Sequence record: OY726582 | Source of the DNA: Escherichia phage vB_Eco_NicPhage | DNA: 64,000 nucleotides | Reading direction: 5' to 3' (one strand) | In this document: positions 22,099 through 33,232 of the stretch, in pieces | Layout of the letters: the number at the start of each line of letters is the position of its first letter | Numbering within the stretch: position 1 is the stretch's first letter | Position numbers and translations under genes: made by a program | The notes under the pieces: generated by a model | Databases searched by the model: none | The model's input: the letters and a program-made list of their open reading frames with translations, nothing else | What the model was told of the DNA's origin: nothing

Positions 22099-22724
22099 TA
22101 TAGTAACTCAAAGAATTCTTTGAGGCCTCGTATTGTGTGAACGTGTGACGCCCCACATTTGGGACATTTAATAGGGGTTGCCAGATAAATTGATGGCGAC
22201 ACCAAAAGATTTTTAATATTGATCATATCATCTTCTGTTATAAGGCCGTAAAGGTCGTTTATTTCTGCTTCAGTTAAATCTTCAACAGGGATGGACTCTC
22301 CATTGACAAAAACGGCCTCAATACATGAAGCAATCATTAATGCGATATTTTTATCGTCAAATAATTTAGGTTGACGGAACTTAATTTTAATACCACTGAA
22401 CGAATACCAGGGATCGGCCTGTTCATCTAATTGAGTGTGCAATAAATTCATATAGACTTGAAATGAATGCCCACAGGAACAATTCCAGGTGTGTTCTTGA
22501 TTCACTTCACCTAATGAATGGGCCCACAGATTTACCAACAATAACTCGGCTTCTTGTTTAGTCAAGTTTTTAGCGTTAGAGCAATTAGTGATAATATTGT
22601 TCACTGCTGATTCAATAGTACCGGTAGCCCGTGCACCTATGAGTCCTAAATATTCTTTTAAAGTAAAGGCTCTACAATTCACTTCTTTATCGCCTAAACG
22701 TACGGTAAACGTATATTTGTACAT
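22098..22724 (-). CDS. 26: baseplate hub protein gp26
   Basis: 208-aa ORF, T4 gp26 length; divergent from gene 51. Confidence 0.85.
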   Translation of the reverse strand: MYKYTFTVRLGDKEVNCRAFTLKEYLGLIGARATGTIESAVNNIITNCSNAKNLTKQEAELLLVNLWAHSLGEVNQEHTWNCSCGHSFQVYMNLLHTQLDEQADPWYSFSGIKIKFRQPKLFDDKNIALMIASCIEAVFVNGESIPVEDLTEAEINDLYGLITEDDMINIKNLLVSPSIYLATPIKCPKCGASHVHTIRGLKEFFELL

Positions 22725-22742
22725 GTTAACTCCTTTATTGTG

Positions 22743-22750
22743 TATTTATA
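22743..22750 (-). promoter_or_regulatory. late promoter TATAAATA (minus strand) for genes 26/25
   Basis: Plus-strand TATTTATA is TATAAATA on the minus strand, about 20 nt upstream of the gene 26 ATG. Confidence 0.55.
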
Positions 22751-22754
22751 AATA
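22747..22754 (+). promoter_or_regulatory. late promoter TATAAATA (plus strand) for gene 51
   Basis: TATAAATA 18 nt upstream of the gene 51 ATG; overlaps the minus-strand late promoter. Confidence 0.55.
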
Positions 22755-22771
22755 ATAGAAAAGGAGTAATT

Positions 22772-23524
22772 ATGGCTAATATAATTCGTTGTAAATTACC
22801 GGATGGTGTTCATCGTTTTAAGCCGTTCACCGTAGCGGATTATAGAGACTTTTTACTAGTTAGAAATGATATCGAACATCGTTCGCCGCAAGAACAAAAA
22901 GAAATAATTGCCGATCTGATTGATGATTATTTTGGCGAGTACCCTAAAACATGGCAACCATTTATATTCCTGCAAGTTTTTGCAGGCTCTATAGGCAAAA
23001 CAAAAGTTCCCGTTATTTTCACTTGCCCTAAATGCTCTAAAGAAAAAACTGCACCATTTGAGATATATCAAAAAGAACTAGTCGAACCTGAACTTGATGT
23101 TGCTGGTATAAAAATACGTTTTTCTTTCCCTGAAAAGTTTTATGACAACAAAGCATTAATGATAAGTGAAAACATAAAAGAAATATATTATAATGACGAA
23201 TGGTACCCATGGAATGATTTGACTGAAGAGAACCAAATCCAAGTAATAGAAGCAATAGACATTGACTCGCTCGAGAAGGTTATTGCTTCTATGAATCCTA
23301 TTAATTTGACCCTTAGATTAGGATGTTGTGAACGACATGTTAAAACATATACTGATATCTTAGAGGTTTTTAAATTGTTAGTTAACCCTGATGAGATTTT
23401 TACATTCTATCAGATAAACCATTCACTGGTAAAGAGTCAATACACATTGGATTCTATTATGCAAATGATTCCTGTTGAACGTGGTATTGCTTTAACATTA
23501 GTAGAAAAGGACCATAAAAAATGA
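22772..23524 (+). CDS. 51: baseplate hub assembly protein gp51
   Basis: 250-aa ORF, T4 gp51 length and synteny. Confidence 0.85.
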   Translation: MANIIRCKLPDGVHRFKPFTVADYRDFLLVRNDIEHRSPQEQKEIIADLIDDYFGEYPKTWQPFIFLQVFAGSIGKTKVPVIFTCPKCSKEKTAPFEIYQKELVEPELDVAGIKIRFSFPEKFYDNKALMISENIKEIYYNDEWYPWNDLTEENQIQVIEAIDIDSLEKVIASMNPINLTLRLGCCERHVKTYTDILEVFKLLVNPDEIFTFYQINHSLVKSQYTLDSIMQMIPVERGIALTLVEKDHKK

Positions 23525-24693
23525 AAGTATTCCAACGTCCAGGATATCCTAACTTAAGCGTTAAATTATACCAAGATTATTCGGCTTGGCAAGAAAATAG
23601 ATACGTTGAACTCGCGGCAACAATAACAACTTTAACCATGCGAGATTCGCTATATGGAAGAAATGAAGGGATTCTTCAATTTTATGACACTAAAAACATC
23701 CACACTAAAATGGACGGTAGACAGATAGTTCAAATCTCTGTTTCAAATTCAAACACACCTCTCCAAGTTAGAACTCGAATTTACGGATGCAGACATTATT
23801 CTGTGTCTGTGGACTCAAAAGGTGACAATATTATTGCAATTGAGCTTGGAACAATACATTCTATAGAGAACCTTAAATTTGGGCGTCCATTCTTCCCGGA
23901 TGCAGGCGAATCTATACGTGAAATGTTAGGTGTCATATACAAAGACCGTGCGTTAATTACTCCGCCAATAAACACTATTAATGCTTATGTTCCTGATATC
24001 CCTTGGACAAGCACATTTGATGATTATTTGGCATATGTCAGAGAATTAGGACTTGCTACAGCGAGTGATAAGTTCGTATTCGTATGGCAAGATATTTTAG
24101 GCGTAAACATGATTGACTACGATACTCTTATTGGTCAGGAAGGCATTAAGATGATTGTAGGTGAGCCAAATACTGTAGGTCAGTATATTCAAGAGCTTGA
24201 GTATCCATTAGTATGGGATTTTACCTGGATGACTAAAGCCAACCAATTTACAAGAGACCCTATTAAAAACGCCACGATATTCGCTCATTCATTTTTAGAT
24301 ACATCTATTCCGGTTATTGTTACAGGCGATGGTGATAATGCTATTCTTGTGTCAAGATCCGGTGGATATTCCGAAATGACCTATCGTAATGGATTTGAAG
24401 AAGCAAGTCGTCTTCAGACAATGGCTCAATATGACGGATATGCTAAATGCACTACTACAGGTAATTTTAACATAACGCCTGCTACTAAAATTATATTTGT
24501 TGACCAAAAGAACCAATTCAAATCCGAATTTTACGTCGATGAAGTTATTCATGAGTTATCAAATAACAACTCACAAACTCATCTGTACATGTTTACCAAC
24601 TCAATGGTGTTAGAACCTGTTAACCCAGTTAAGGTTAAAAATGAACTTAAATCTGATTCTACCTCTAAAGAAAATAATTCTACCACAGTCTAA
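23521..24693 (+). CDS. 27: baseplate hub protein gp27
   Basis: 390-aa ORF, T4 gp27 length and synteny. Confidence 0.9.
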   Translation: MKVFQRPGYPNLSVKLYQDYSAWQENRYVELAATITTLTMRDSLYGRNEGILQFYDTKNIHTKMDGRQIVQISVSNSNTPLQVRTRIYGCRHYSVSVDSKGDNIIAIELGTIHSIENLKFGRPFFPDAGESIREMLGVIYKDRALITPPINTINAYVPDIPWTSTFDDYLAYVRELGLATASDKFVFVWQDILGVNMIDYDTLIGQEGIKMIVGEPNTVGQYIQELEYPLVWDFTWMTKANQFTRDPIKNATIFAHSFLDTSIPVIVTGDGDNAILVSRSGGYSEMTYRNGFEEASRLQTMAQYDGYAKCTTTGNFNITPATKIIFVDQKNQFKSEFYVDEVIHELSNNNSQTHLYMFTNSMVLEPVNPVKVKNELKSDSTSKENNSTTV

Positions 24694-25174
24694 TAAAAAG
24701 GTAATGATTCCCAAATTAGGGCTCAAACATTATAATCTTTTAAAGGACGTTAAAGGCCCTGATGAAAACATGAAAATCTTAGCTGATTCTATTTGTAAAA
24801 ATATGAGTCCCGCAGATTTTGATTTTGCATGTCTACACATATTGGAATTTAATAACAAACTTAAGTCTGAAGTTGAAAAAGATGGATTCACTTATAAACT
24901 AGATGACGTCTATGTATGCCAACGAACAGAATTCCAATTTCAAGGTAATACTTTTTATTTTAGACCCCCAGGCAAATTTGAACAATTCGCTACAATCAGT
25001 GAAATGCTATCAAATTGCTTAATAAAAGTTAATGACGAAGAGAAAGAAATTTCTTTCCTTGAGATGCCTGCTTTTGTAATCAAATGGGCAGAAGACCTTT
25101 CGACAACTATTGCTATTCCAGGCCCTAATGGTCCTATTAAGGGTATAGCAGAAATTATTGGATTGCTTGAATGA
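24641..25174 (+). CDS. 28: baseplate hub distal subunit gp28
   Basis: 177-aa ORF, T4 gp28 length; overlaps the gene 27 3' end. Confidence 0.8.
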   Translation: MNLNLILPLKKIILPQSNKKVMIPKLGLKHYNLLKDVKGPDENMKILADSICKNMSPADFDFACLHILEFNNKLKSEVEKDGFTYKLDDVYVCQRTEFQFQGNTFYFRPPGKFEQFATISEMLSNCLIKVNDEEKEISFLEMPAFVIKWAEDLSTTIAIPGPNGPIKGIAEIIGLLE

Positions 25175-26943
25175 AACCTGAAGAAATGAAATCCATGCGT
25201 AGAAATAAGGTCATTGCCGATAATAAACCACAAAAAGTAGCTGCAACAGCAGCTACCGATTCATTAGAAGCATTGAATGACATTTCATCAAAACTAGACG
25301 ATGTCCAAGCCGCGTCTGAACTCACATCACAAAGTGTAGAAGATAAAGGCAATGGAATTATTGAATCAATTGGAGACTTAAAGAATTCGACAGATAATAC
25401 TGCTGAAGGCACAGAGCTTATCGCAGAAGTTATTGAAAAACAAACTGAAGTCACTAAAAGTATAAACGAAGTTTCTAGTGCAATAAGCTCTAAGTTAGAC
25501 CGATTAGCTACATTATTAGAGCAAAAATTACAAACATCTACCGCTATTCAAAATACAGGAGGCACCTCTCTTGAAGTAATTGAGAACGCAATACCTGTTA
25601 AAGTTGTTGAGAATGAAACTTCTGATGAGCTGTTTAAAGCATTCCCTACACCTGAAAAGATTGATAATAAGCCGGACGAAGATTTCTTCCCGGCTCCGGT
25701 TCAAGAAAGTGCTAATTCTACTTCTGATTCTAAAGGCGGAATTAGCTTTAAATTGAGCGATAAAATTGCAATGCTCACCAAAACAGTTCAAACCGGGTTT
25801 AATAAATCAATATCAATTTCAGACAGAATTGCTGGAATGCTTTTCAAATACACTATAACAGCTGCTATTGAAGCAGCAAAAATGGCCGCACTTATTCTTG
25901 GTATTGTTATCGGTATTGATTTATTGATAGTCCATTTCAAATATTGGACAGACAAGTTCACTTCTGCCTGGGATTTATTTGATGAAAACTTTACTAAATT
26001 CTCCGATGAAGCTAAAGAGTGGGGTAAATTCTTAAGTGATATATTCACTTCTATTGACTCTATAAAACAATTGTGGGAAGCTGGAGACTGGGGTGGTTTA
26101 ACCGTTGCTATTGTCAAAGGTGTAGGAACAGCATTAATGAACTTAGGTGAACTAATTCAATTAGGAATGGCTAAACTCTCTGCGTCTATATTGCGTGCTA
26201 TAGGTTTTGGCGATACCGCGGACGAAATAGAAGGACGTGCTTTAGAAGGATTCCAAGAAACTACTGGGAACAAATTAAAGAAAGAAGACCAAGAGAAAGT
26301 CGCTAAATATCAAATGAAACGTGACGATGGGGAATTAGGAACCGTTTCTAAAGGTCTTGATATGTTACAACGCGGCAAAACATTCGTTACTAACTGGGTT
26401 CGTGGTAATGACAATAAAGAAGAGTTTAGTACAAGCGATGAGCGTGCTGCGGAATCAGCAAAATTAAAAGAGTTACCTGAAGAGGAGCGTAAAGAGGCGT
26501 ATATAAAAGCTAATGAAACTCGTGCGGCACTAGTTAGATTTGAGGATTATATCGATAAAATCGATATGACTAATCCGGAAAATGCTAAAAACGTCGAGAA
26601 GTCTTATGCTGATTTAAGTAAACTTATTAAAGACCCTGAACTTAATAAAACTCCTGTTATTAAAAAGGAATTAGATGCTAGATTTGAAAAGCTAAATAAT
26701 AAAATGACTGAAGCCAAAAAGGCTCAGACAACAGTTAAGCCTGAATCTTCGTCTAAATCTCCAGAAGCAAAACAAGTTCAGTCAATAGAGAAAGGACGTG
26801 CTTCTGAATCTAAACAACAGCAACCGGTAGCGGCGATTAGTAACACAAATAATGTCGTCAAAAAGAATACCGTAGTCCAGAATATGACCCCTGTAACAAG
26901 TACAACGGCTCCTGGAATTTTCCATGCCACCGGTGTTAATTAA
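25171..26943 (+). CDS. 29: baseplate hub / tail length determinator gp29
   Basis: 590-aa ORF, T4 gp29 length and synteny. Confidence 0.9.
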   Translation: MKPEEMKSMRRNKVIADNKPQKVAATAATDSLEALNDISSKLDDVQAASELTSQSVEDKGNGIIESIGDLKNSTDNTAEGTELIAEVIEKQTEVTKSINEVSSAISSKLDRLATLLEQKLQTSTAIQNTGGTSLEVIENAIPVKVVENETSDELFKAFPTPEKIDNKPDEDFFPAPVQESANSTSDSKGGISFKLSDKIAMLTKTVQTGFNKSISISDRIAGMLFKYTITAAIEAAKMAALILGIVIGIDLLIVHFKYWTDKFTSAWDLFDENFTKFSDEAKEWGKFLSDIFTSIDSIKQLWEAGDWGGLTVAIVKGVGTALMNLGELIQLGMAKLSASILRAIGFGDTADEIEGRALEGFQETTGNKLKKEDQEKVAKYQMKRDDGELGTVSKGLDMLQRGKTFVTNWVRGNDNKEEFSTSDERAAESAKLKELPEEERKEAYIKANETRAALVRFEDYIDKIDMTNPENAKNVEKSYADLSKLIKDPELNKTPVIKKELDARFEKLNNKMTEAKKAQTTVKPESSSKSPEAKQVQSIEKGRASESKQQQPVAAISNTNNVVKKNTVVQNMTPVTSTTAPGIFHATGVN

Positions 26944-26951
26944 GGATTATT

Positions 26952-28061
26952 ATGATTAGTGTAAAAGAAATAGTAGTAGATGCAAAGGATTTAAATAAAG
27001 CAATCCCAGTCTCAGAAAGTGCTGGGCAAAGCACTAAAACCGAAACAACTACTAAAACTTATGTTGCTCAATTTCCTACAGGAAGAGCAGCCGGAAATGA
27101 CTCCACAGGAGACTTCCAGGTAACAGACCTTTATAAGAATGGATTATTATTTACCGCGTACAATATGTCTGCACGCGATTCAGGATCCCTCAGGAATTTA
27201 CGTCCGGCATATGCCGGTACTTCATCTAATGGTATCATATCAGATTTAACTGATAATGTTAAAGATGCAGTGACTAAATTCTCTAATGGATTGCTTCCTG
27301 CCGGGGCTAATAAATCTACTATAAATAAAACTCCTGTTGCTAATATACTTTTGCCACGTTCCAAATCTGACGTCGATACAACTTCACATCGTTTTAATGA
27401 TATCGGTGATAGCCTTATTACTAAAGGTGGAGGTACTGCTACGGGTGTTTTAAGTAACATTGCTTCTACTGCAGTCTTTGGTGCATTAGATTCTATTACT
27501 CAAGGGCTTATGGCTGATAATAACGAACAGATTTATACGACTTCTCGTAGTATGTACGGTGGTGCTGAGAACCGTACCAAAGTCTTTACATGGGATTTAA
27601 CTCCGCGTTCAACTGAAGACCTTATGGCTATTATAAACATTTACCAGTATTTTAACTATTTCTCATATGGTGAGACCGGTAAATCACAGTACGCCCAAGA
27701 GATTAAAAGTTATTTAGACGAATGGTACCGTTCAACGTTTATTGAGCCTATGACACCGGACGATGCAGTAAAAAATAAGACATTGTTTGAAAAGATTACT
27801 GCGTCATTAACAAATGTATTAGTTGTAAGCAACCCTACAATTTGGATGGTTAAAAACTTTGGTTATACGTCTAAATTTGATGGATTAACTGACGTATTTG
27901 GTCCATGTCAAATTCAAAGCGTACGTTTTGATAAAACTCCAAATGGACAATTTAATGGTCTCGCTGTTGCTCCTAACTTACCATCAACATTTACGTTAGA
28001 GATAACAATGCGAGAAATTATTACATTAAACCGTTCTTCACTTTATGCGGGGACTTTCTAA
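26952..28061 (+). CDS. 48: baseplate tail tube cap gp48
   Basis: 369-aa ORF, synteny 29-48-54. Confidence 0.85.
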   Translation: MISVKEIVVDAKDLNKAIPVSESAGQSTKTETTTKTYVAQFPTGRAAGNDSTGDFQVTDLYKNGLLFTAYNMSARDSGSLRNLRPAYAGTSSNGIISDLTDNVKDAVTKFSNGLLPAGANKSTINKTPVANILLPRSKSDVDTTSHRFNDIGDSLITKGGGTATGVLSNIASTAVFGALDSITQGLMADNNEQIYTTSRSMYGGAENRTKVFTWDLTPRSTEDLMAIINIYQYFNYFSYGETGKSQYAQEIKSYLDEWYRSTFIEPMTPDDAVKNKTLFEKITASLTNVLVVSNPTIWMVKNFGYTSKFDGLTDVFGPCQIQSVRFDKTPNGQFNGLAVAPNLPSTFTLEITMREIITLNRSSLYAGTF

Positions 28062-29023
28062 TGTATTCTTTAGAAGAATTTAATAACCAAGCTATAAATG
28101 CAGATTTCCAACGAAACAATATGTTTAGTTGTGTATTTGCTACTACACCATCGACCAAATCATCTTCACTAATTTCGTCAATTGGTAGTTTTGCTTATAA
28201 TAACTTAGGGTTGGATTCAGATTGGCTAGGATTGTCTCAAGGTGATATCAATCAGGGCGTAACAACCCTGATTACAGCAGGAACACAGAAATTAATTCGA
28301 AAATCAGGTATAAGTAAATATCTGATTGGAGCAATGAGTCAACGTACGGTACAAAGCTTGTTAGGTGAGTTCACAGTAGGAGCTTATCTGATAGACTTCT
28401 TCAATATGGCATATAATAATACAGGTTTAATGATTTATTCTGTAAAAATGCCTGAGAACCGATTATCTTATGAAACGGATTTCAACTATAACTCCCCGAA
28501 CATCCGAATTACAGGCCGTGAAATGGACCCGTTAGTAATAAGCTTTAGAATGGATTCTGAAGCATCTAACTTTAGAGCAATGCAAGACTGGGTAAACTCG
28601 GTCCAAGACCCTGTAACAGGTCTTCGCGCTTTACCACAAGATGTCGAAGCAGATATTCAGGTTAATTTACACGCACGAAATGGTTTACCACATACCGCTG
28701 TCATGTTCACAGGATGTATTCCTGTTAGTGTCTCTTCTCCTGAATTAACGTATGATGGTGATAATCAGATAACAGTTTTTGATGTAACATTTGCTTATCG
28801 CGTTATGCAATCAGGTGCTGTAAATAGACAGGCTGCTTTAGAATGGCTGGAATCAGGACTTATTAGTAGTGTTTCAGGAATGTTTGGAAATAATCAGAAT
28901 GATTCTGGACTAGGAAGTGCAGTATCAAGACTTTCTAGATTAGGTGGGACTGCCGGTGGTGTGTCTAATATAAACACATTGACAGGTGTTGTGAATTCTG
29001 CGTCAAGAGTTTTAGGACTATAA
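28061..29023 (+). CDS. 54: baseplate tail tube initiator gp54
   Basis: 320-aa ORF, T4 gp54 length and synteny. Confidence 0.85.
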   Translation: MYSLEEFNNQAINADFQRNNMFSCVFATTPSTKSSSLISSIGSFAYNNLGLDSDWLGLSQGDINQGVTTLITAGTQKLIRKSGISKYLIGAMSQRTVQSLLGEFTVGAYLIDFFNMAYNNTGLMIYSVKMPENRLSYETDFNYNSPNIRITGREMDPLVISFRMDSEASNFRAMQDWVNSVQDPVTGLRALPQDVEADIQVNLHARNGLPHTAVMFTGCIPVSVSSPELTYDGDNQITVFDVTFAYRVMQSGAVNRQAALEWLESGLISSVSGMFGNNQNDSGLGSAVSRLSRLGGTAGGVSNINTLTGVVNSASRVLGL

Positions 29024-29028
29024 GAAAA

Positions 29029-29047
29029 AGGGAGACGTTGTCTCCCT
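29029..29047. terminator. hairpin AGGGAGAC-GUUG-GUCUCCCU between gene 54 (+) and the alt operon (-)
   Basis: 8-bp stem; T-run on the minus-strand side, A-run on the plus side. Confidence 0.55.
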
Positions 29048-29055
29048 TTAGTGGT

Positions 29056-29349
29056 TTATTTACGGAATGAAAGGAATGCTGGTGCTCGGAATGGAGTATC
29101 ATCTTTAGAGTATTTAACTAATACGACCATTGGTACCTCTGTTTCTAAATGACCTGTCACTACACCGATAAAAATTTGATCAGTGTGCTCAGGGTCACGA
29201 AAGTTTTTAAGAGGTTCCATAGCAATATGGAATGCACCTGGGAATACTCGATTCAATTCGTCAATCACAGCTTCGTTAAAAACATCATCCGCTGGGATAG
29301 CATCTTCAACTACTAGTTCTTGACCATTAAAGCGAAGCATAGATTTCAT
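29056..29349 (-). CDS. hypothetical protein (alt.-1-like position)
   Basis: Start placed at MKSMLRF, which has a GAGGA ribosome-binding site; the longer track ORF to 29421 would include the promoter -10 and overlap alt. Confidence 0.5.
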   Translation of the reverse strand: MKSMLRFNGQELVVEDAIPADDVFNEAVIDELNRVFPGAFHIAMEPLKNFRDPEHTDQIFIGVVTGHLETEVPMVVLVKYSKDDTPFRAPAFLSFRK

Positions 29350-29378
29350 AACGTTTTCCTCATGTTGTTGATGGGATG

Positions 29379-29408
29379 ATAGTATCACACATCCGTGTGT
29401 TTGTAAAC
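29379..29408 (-). promoter_or_regulatory. early sigma70-like promoter (-35 GTTTAC, 18 nt, -10 TACTAT)
   Basis: Minus-strand GTTTACaaacacacggatgtgtgaTACTAT, 30 nt upstream of the 29349 ATG. Confidence 0.55.
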
Positions 29409-31495
29409 TATCCTTGGACAAATTTAAACGGAACTGATTCTAAATCCATTAAAGATGCTAACAATTTCAAACCTTTAGGTGCACTAGTTTTTTCTACAAA
29501 TGAGGCAAAAGATACCGGCTCATCTGATTCGATTTCACCCGTCATAGCAACTACCTCGCCTGTTTCCATGAGAACATCACCATCGTAAATGACAGCTTCG
29601 TCCAACTGGTCCGAGGACATGACTTCAGCTTGAATAAATTTAAGGTTGGATTCTAAACCTGCACCAGTGTCAGATGACGCATCTGTAATTTTATTTATCT
29701 GCAAGAGAATGCCTCTAGGCAAAATAATTTCTTGCTCATTAGGGTGATTACTCAACTGTCCGGGATAAATCACGTTAACTTTATGAGCGCCATCAATAGC
29801 CCATCCAACATTAACACGAATTTGTTCTGGCGCATGCATAGCGGTACGTGCCAGGCTAGGAGAAATAGTAACACCTTCGTCATTATTGTCAATGTTAAGC
29901 TCTTTGCGAACTTCTTCAGGAGCAAGTCCAAGGGCAACGTTCTCTTTAAACCCACCAAAAATAATAGGAGCTAATGAAGTAGAAACATAGTTTCTGAAGT
30001 AGAATACCTTATTTTTAACCATTGCTTCGTAAATAGGCATTCTGATAGACTGGGCTCTATACAACGTTAGTCCTTCAGGTAAACGGTCTCCATTTAAAAA
30101 CGCCGAATCAAGACCATCAATAGCGCGTTTAACTTCATCTTCATCTGCAACATCATAAAAATCCGGTTTATAACGGCCTAACAACATATTATTGATATCG
30201 GTATACGCAGAAGAGGCATATTCGCGAATAGCTCGTTTTTCAGCAACAGAGTATTGTTTAGGGTCCCGATTCATTGTTATATTAAAGGTGCCTCTAGCCG
30301 ATTCTCGTGCATAAGTATACATCACATTAGACAAGAACGCTGATTTACGTTGTTTCCAAGTTTTTTCAGATACTTCAGCTAAAACATCGTCGGCCAGTTG
30401 GAAATTATCACGTCTAAAATCTTCAAACCATTCGTCTTTAATAGAGTCCGCAATTTCGTTTGCAGCTTCAACAAAAGCAGCTAATGCTTTAACAGATGTT
30501 GTTTTTTCAGTTTTAATTTTCTTAGCAAACTTTTCTAAAGTTGGCTTAATAACACTACCATAAGAAACTTCATCAGCAAATCTAAAGGATTCATCAATAC
30601 GATTATAAATCTTATTTTCGATATCAGCAACTAAAGTGCCTTTTGCTGTGGATGATGCTTGGGCTAGTACGATTTCATATGCTTCAGGAAGTAATTCGGC
30701 TGTAGCCGGGCCACTAACTTCTTTAGCAGAATTTTCGTATTTCTGGAATAACTCACCTTCTTGGCGGTCAGCTTCTAAAGATTGGCTTGCGGCAATAGCA
30801 CGACGAGAAATTTTAGTACGAGCAATAACAGGCTTATCTTTACGTTTTTCTTCTACAGCAGCAATAGAACCAGCGATAGCCGTTTCTTTGGTGACTTTTT
30901 CGCCGGTCTTTTTACTCACATAAACTTCGCCAACATCAGAATCTACTTTCGTGTACAACTCTGTGTTAATGTTAGGGATGCCTTTAATATCTTCAATGTT
31001 GGCATTTTTACGAACCATCATCACATAGGTGTGTTTACCTGTGAATTGATACATTGCCGACAATACTTTAAAACGACCACCGGTTTTAGTAGAAACTAAA
31101 CGAGCAAGAAGAGTTTGAAGCTGTTGTCCACGTCCTTTCAATTTCTTGGTAGGGAATCGGAACAGAACTGCATCCATACGAAGAGCTTTAACCTGTTCAT
31201 ATACCGTATTGAAAATGGTGTTGATTGCATCAATAGGAGCAGGACCAAGGCCATTTTTCAATTCAGCGAGATTACCCTTTTCAGACAGACTCATAATAAC
31301 AACATGAGCGTATTTGTCGCCAAGTTTAACTTGTTTTACAGCATCGCCTTCAGAAAGGTAAGAGAATAAGCGAACTACGATGTTTGTATCGATATCACCA
31401 ATTTTCCAGACTTGTGGAACTTTAGCTTTAGGGTTCAAATTGACGACAGGAAGACTGCCTTCAGATTCAAACACTTCATTTAATTGTTCAGACAT
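29408..31495 (-). CDS. alt: Alt ADP-ribosyltransferase (head-packaged, modifies host RNA polymerase)
   Basis: 695-aa ORF; size and position (between gene 54 and ligase gene 30) as T4 alt. Confidence 0.8.
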   Translation of the reverse strand: MSEQLNEVFESEGSLPVVNLNPKAKVPQVWKIGDIDTNIVVRLFSYLSEGDAVKQVKLGDKYAHVVIMSLSEKGNLAELKNGLGPAPIDAINTIFNTVYEQVKALRMDAVLFRFPTKKLKGRGQQLQTLLARLVSTKTGGRFKVLSAMYQFTGKHTYVMMVRKNANIEDIKGIPNINTELYTKVDSDVGEVYVSKKTGEKVTKETAIAGSIAAVEEKRKDKPVIARTKISRRAIAASQSLEADRQEGELFQKYENSAKEVSGPATAELLPEAYEIVLAQASSTAKGTLVADIENKIYNRIDESFRFADEVSYGSVIKPTLEKFAKKIKTEKTTSVKALAAFVEAANEIADSIKDEWFEDFRRDNFQLADDVLAEVSEKTWKQRKSAFLSNVMYTYARESARGTFNITMNRDPKQYSVAEKRAIREYASSAYTDINNMLLGRYKPDFYDVADEDEVKRAIDGLDSAFLNGDRLPEGLTLYRAQSIRMPIYEAMVKNKVFYFRNYVSTSLAPIIFGGFKENVALGLAPEEVRKELNIDNNDEGVTISPSLARTAMHAPEQIRVNVGWAIDGAHKVNVIYPGQLSNHPNEQEIILPRGILLQINKITDASSDTGAGLESNLKFIQAEVMSSDQLDEAVIYDGDVLMETGEVVAMTGEIESDEPVSFASFVEKTSAPKGLKLLASLMDLESVPFKFVQG

Positions 31496-31529
31496 AGTGT
31501 TTTCCTTTTAGTAATAATTTATATTTATG

Positions 31530-31550
31530 CCAAAAAGAGCCCGAAGGCTC
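31530..31550 (-). terminator. hairpin GAGCC-UUCG-GGCUC plus U-run upstream of alt
   Basis: Minus-strand hairpin followed by TCTTTTTGG. Confidence 0.5.
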
Positions 31551-31739
31551 TTAATCCACAATCGGGAGCAAAGTACGATAAACTTCAAAATTAGGACCTT
31601 TTTCGTACTTATCGAAATTGTCCATAAAAATATGATAGGAATCGTTATTAGGAAAATCTAATATAATCTGAGAGCAAGAGGTGGAAACATCTCCACCATC
31701 CTTCTTAGCTACAATAACTGTTTCTAAATAAGCTTTCAT
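31551..31739 (-). CDS. hypothetical small protein
   Basis: 62 aa from the ATG that overlaps the ligase stop (TAATG). Confidence 0.4.
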   Translation of the reverse strand: MKAYLETVIVAKKDGGDVSTSCSQIILDFPNNDSYHIFMDNFDKYEKGPNFEVYRTLLPIVD

Positions 31740-33232
31740 TATAAACCTGTCTGGGACCACGGTCCAAATACGTCTTCAAACGAATCCGCTTCTGTTTTAT
31801 CAAAACGGAACCCTTTAATAATTGGGAGGAAAATACCTACAGTGCCTTCACGTCCTTTAGAATGAACCCAACCATTACATTCACAATCAGCAATACGTCC
31901 AATCAATTTACCTTCACGAGCTTCGGCCATTAATCGTTCACGGTCCAAATCATGTCGCTCATCTAAAGGAATAAGAACCTTTACACCATCAACTGTTTTA
32001 TGAGTTGTATCTTTAAACCCTGAACCACAATCGGTTGTAATACGACGACAACGTGATACGAGTTCGACACCACCTAATTTGTTAGGGTCTTTAGAGTGTT
32101 CATAGTATCCTACAACTTCTAAAGCGATATCAATAACTTCTTTAAATTTAATTAGGTTCTTAGAACGTTTGTTTTCCCAATATGAATCACGGTTTTTAAG
32201 GATAATACCTTCAAGACCTTGGTCAACATATTTTTTATAAACCACTTTAGCTTCGTCAAGATTACGAACTAACTGATTTTCAATTGGCTCAATTCGTTTA
32301 AAGCCTTCAGCCATATTTTCAAGAGCAGCAAAACGAACATCGTATTTCTGACCTTTAATTTTGCCATCAGAATAGACTTCATCTAAAGGAACATAGTCCC
32401 AGGCTTGAAGAACCATACCTTCAGCTTCTTTAGGAGAAATAGTCCCTTGAAGAGATTTATTTGCTAAACCGTTTGAAGTGCTACGGTCCGCAACTTGTAC
32501 TTCTTCGGATTCTTCATTATCACCAAATAAGAACGACAGGTCATTTCCTGAGCTCACAGCCTTTTTAATATCAAATGAATGGTAAACTAATTCACCGTCG
32601 ATTAAAACCCCATTATGGTGTCTTTCACGAGCTTCTTTAGTCATTTCCATTAGTTCATCCGCTAATAGAGTAAGACCATGATATTCGTTGCCGGCACGAG
32701 AAAAGAATTGAACACCATCATCGCGAACTTCAGCGAAACAACGAGCACCATCTGCTTTTAATTGGGCAAATGCGGGCCATTTAATATTTTTAGTAATCAA
32801 TTTCTCGTCATATGCAGATGCTAACATCTGTGGTTGCAATTGAATAAGTCCAGGCCACACCTTATTCGCGATAGACACTGAAGCACCTACTTCAAGGTCG
32901 CGCATCATTACACGACGAAGGACTTCTACATCATCAGGTTTACCATCAGCGATATAACCCATGAGCTCTTTAATTGCAGCATTACCAGTGAGTTTACGAG
33001 TGGCTAATGTGAACTCAATAAAATCCAACATGTCATCTAATTCAAGAAGACCATACGCTTGAGACCTTTCACCTGGTCCTGGCCATTTCTTAATATAATA
33101 CTGGATACCACGTGCATATGTTAAACGATACACACGTTCAAGTAATTTGTTGTCCTTATTTTTCTTAAGGATTTCCTGTTTTGTTTTAGTAGAACCGATC
33201 GCAGCTATTTGGTTTAAAATATCTAAAATCAT
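31739..33232 (-). CDS. 30: ATP-dependent DNA ligase gp30
   Basis: 497-aa ORF with adenylation motif I KADG (QLKADGARCF); T4 gp30-like length and position. Confidence 0.93.
   Translation of the reverse strand: MILDILNQIAAIGSTKTKQEILKKNKDNKLLERVYRLTYARGIQYYIKKWPGPGERSQAYGLLELDDMLDFIEFTLATRKLTGNAAIKELMGYIADGKPDDVEVLRRVMMRDLEVGASVSIANKVWPGLIQLQPQMLASAYDEKLITKNIKWPAFAQLKADGARCFAEVRDDGVQFFSRAGNEYHGLTLLADELMEMTKEARERHHNGVLIDGELVYHSFDIKKAVSSGNDLSFLFGDNEESEEVQVADRSTSNGLANKSLQGTISPKEAEGMVLQAWDYVPLDEVYSDGKIKGQKYDVRFAALENMAEGFKRIEPIENQLVRNLDEAKVVYKKYVDQGLEGIILKNRDSYWENKRSKNLIKFKEVIDIALEVVGYYEHSKDPNKLGGVELVSRCRRITTDCGSGFKDTTHKTVDGVKVLIPLDERHDLDRERLMAEAREGKLIGRIADCECNGWVHSKGREGTVGIFLPIIKGFRFDKTEADSFEDVFGPWSQTGL

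Noticed and set aside
29350-29421. N-terminal extension of the 29056 ORF (track start 29421)
   Set aside because: The extension would contain the early promoter -10 element and overlap the alt coding region; the internal ATG at 29349 has a proper GAGGA ribosome-binding site.
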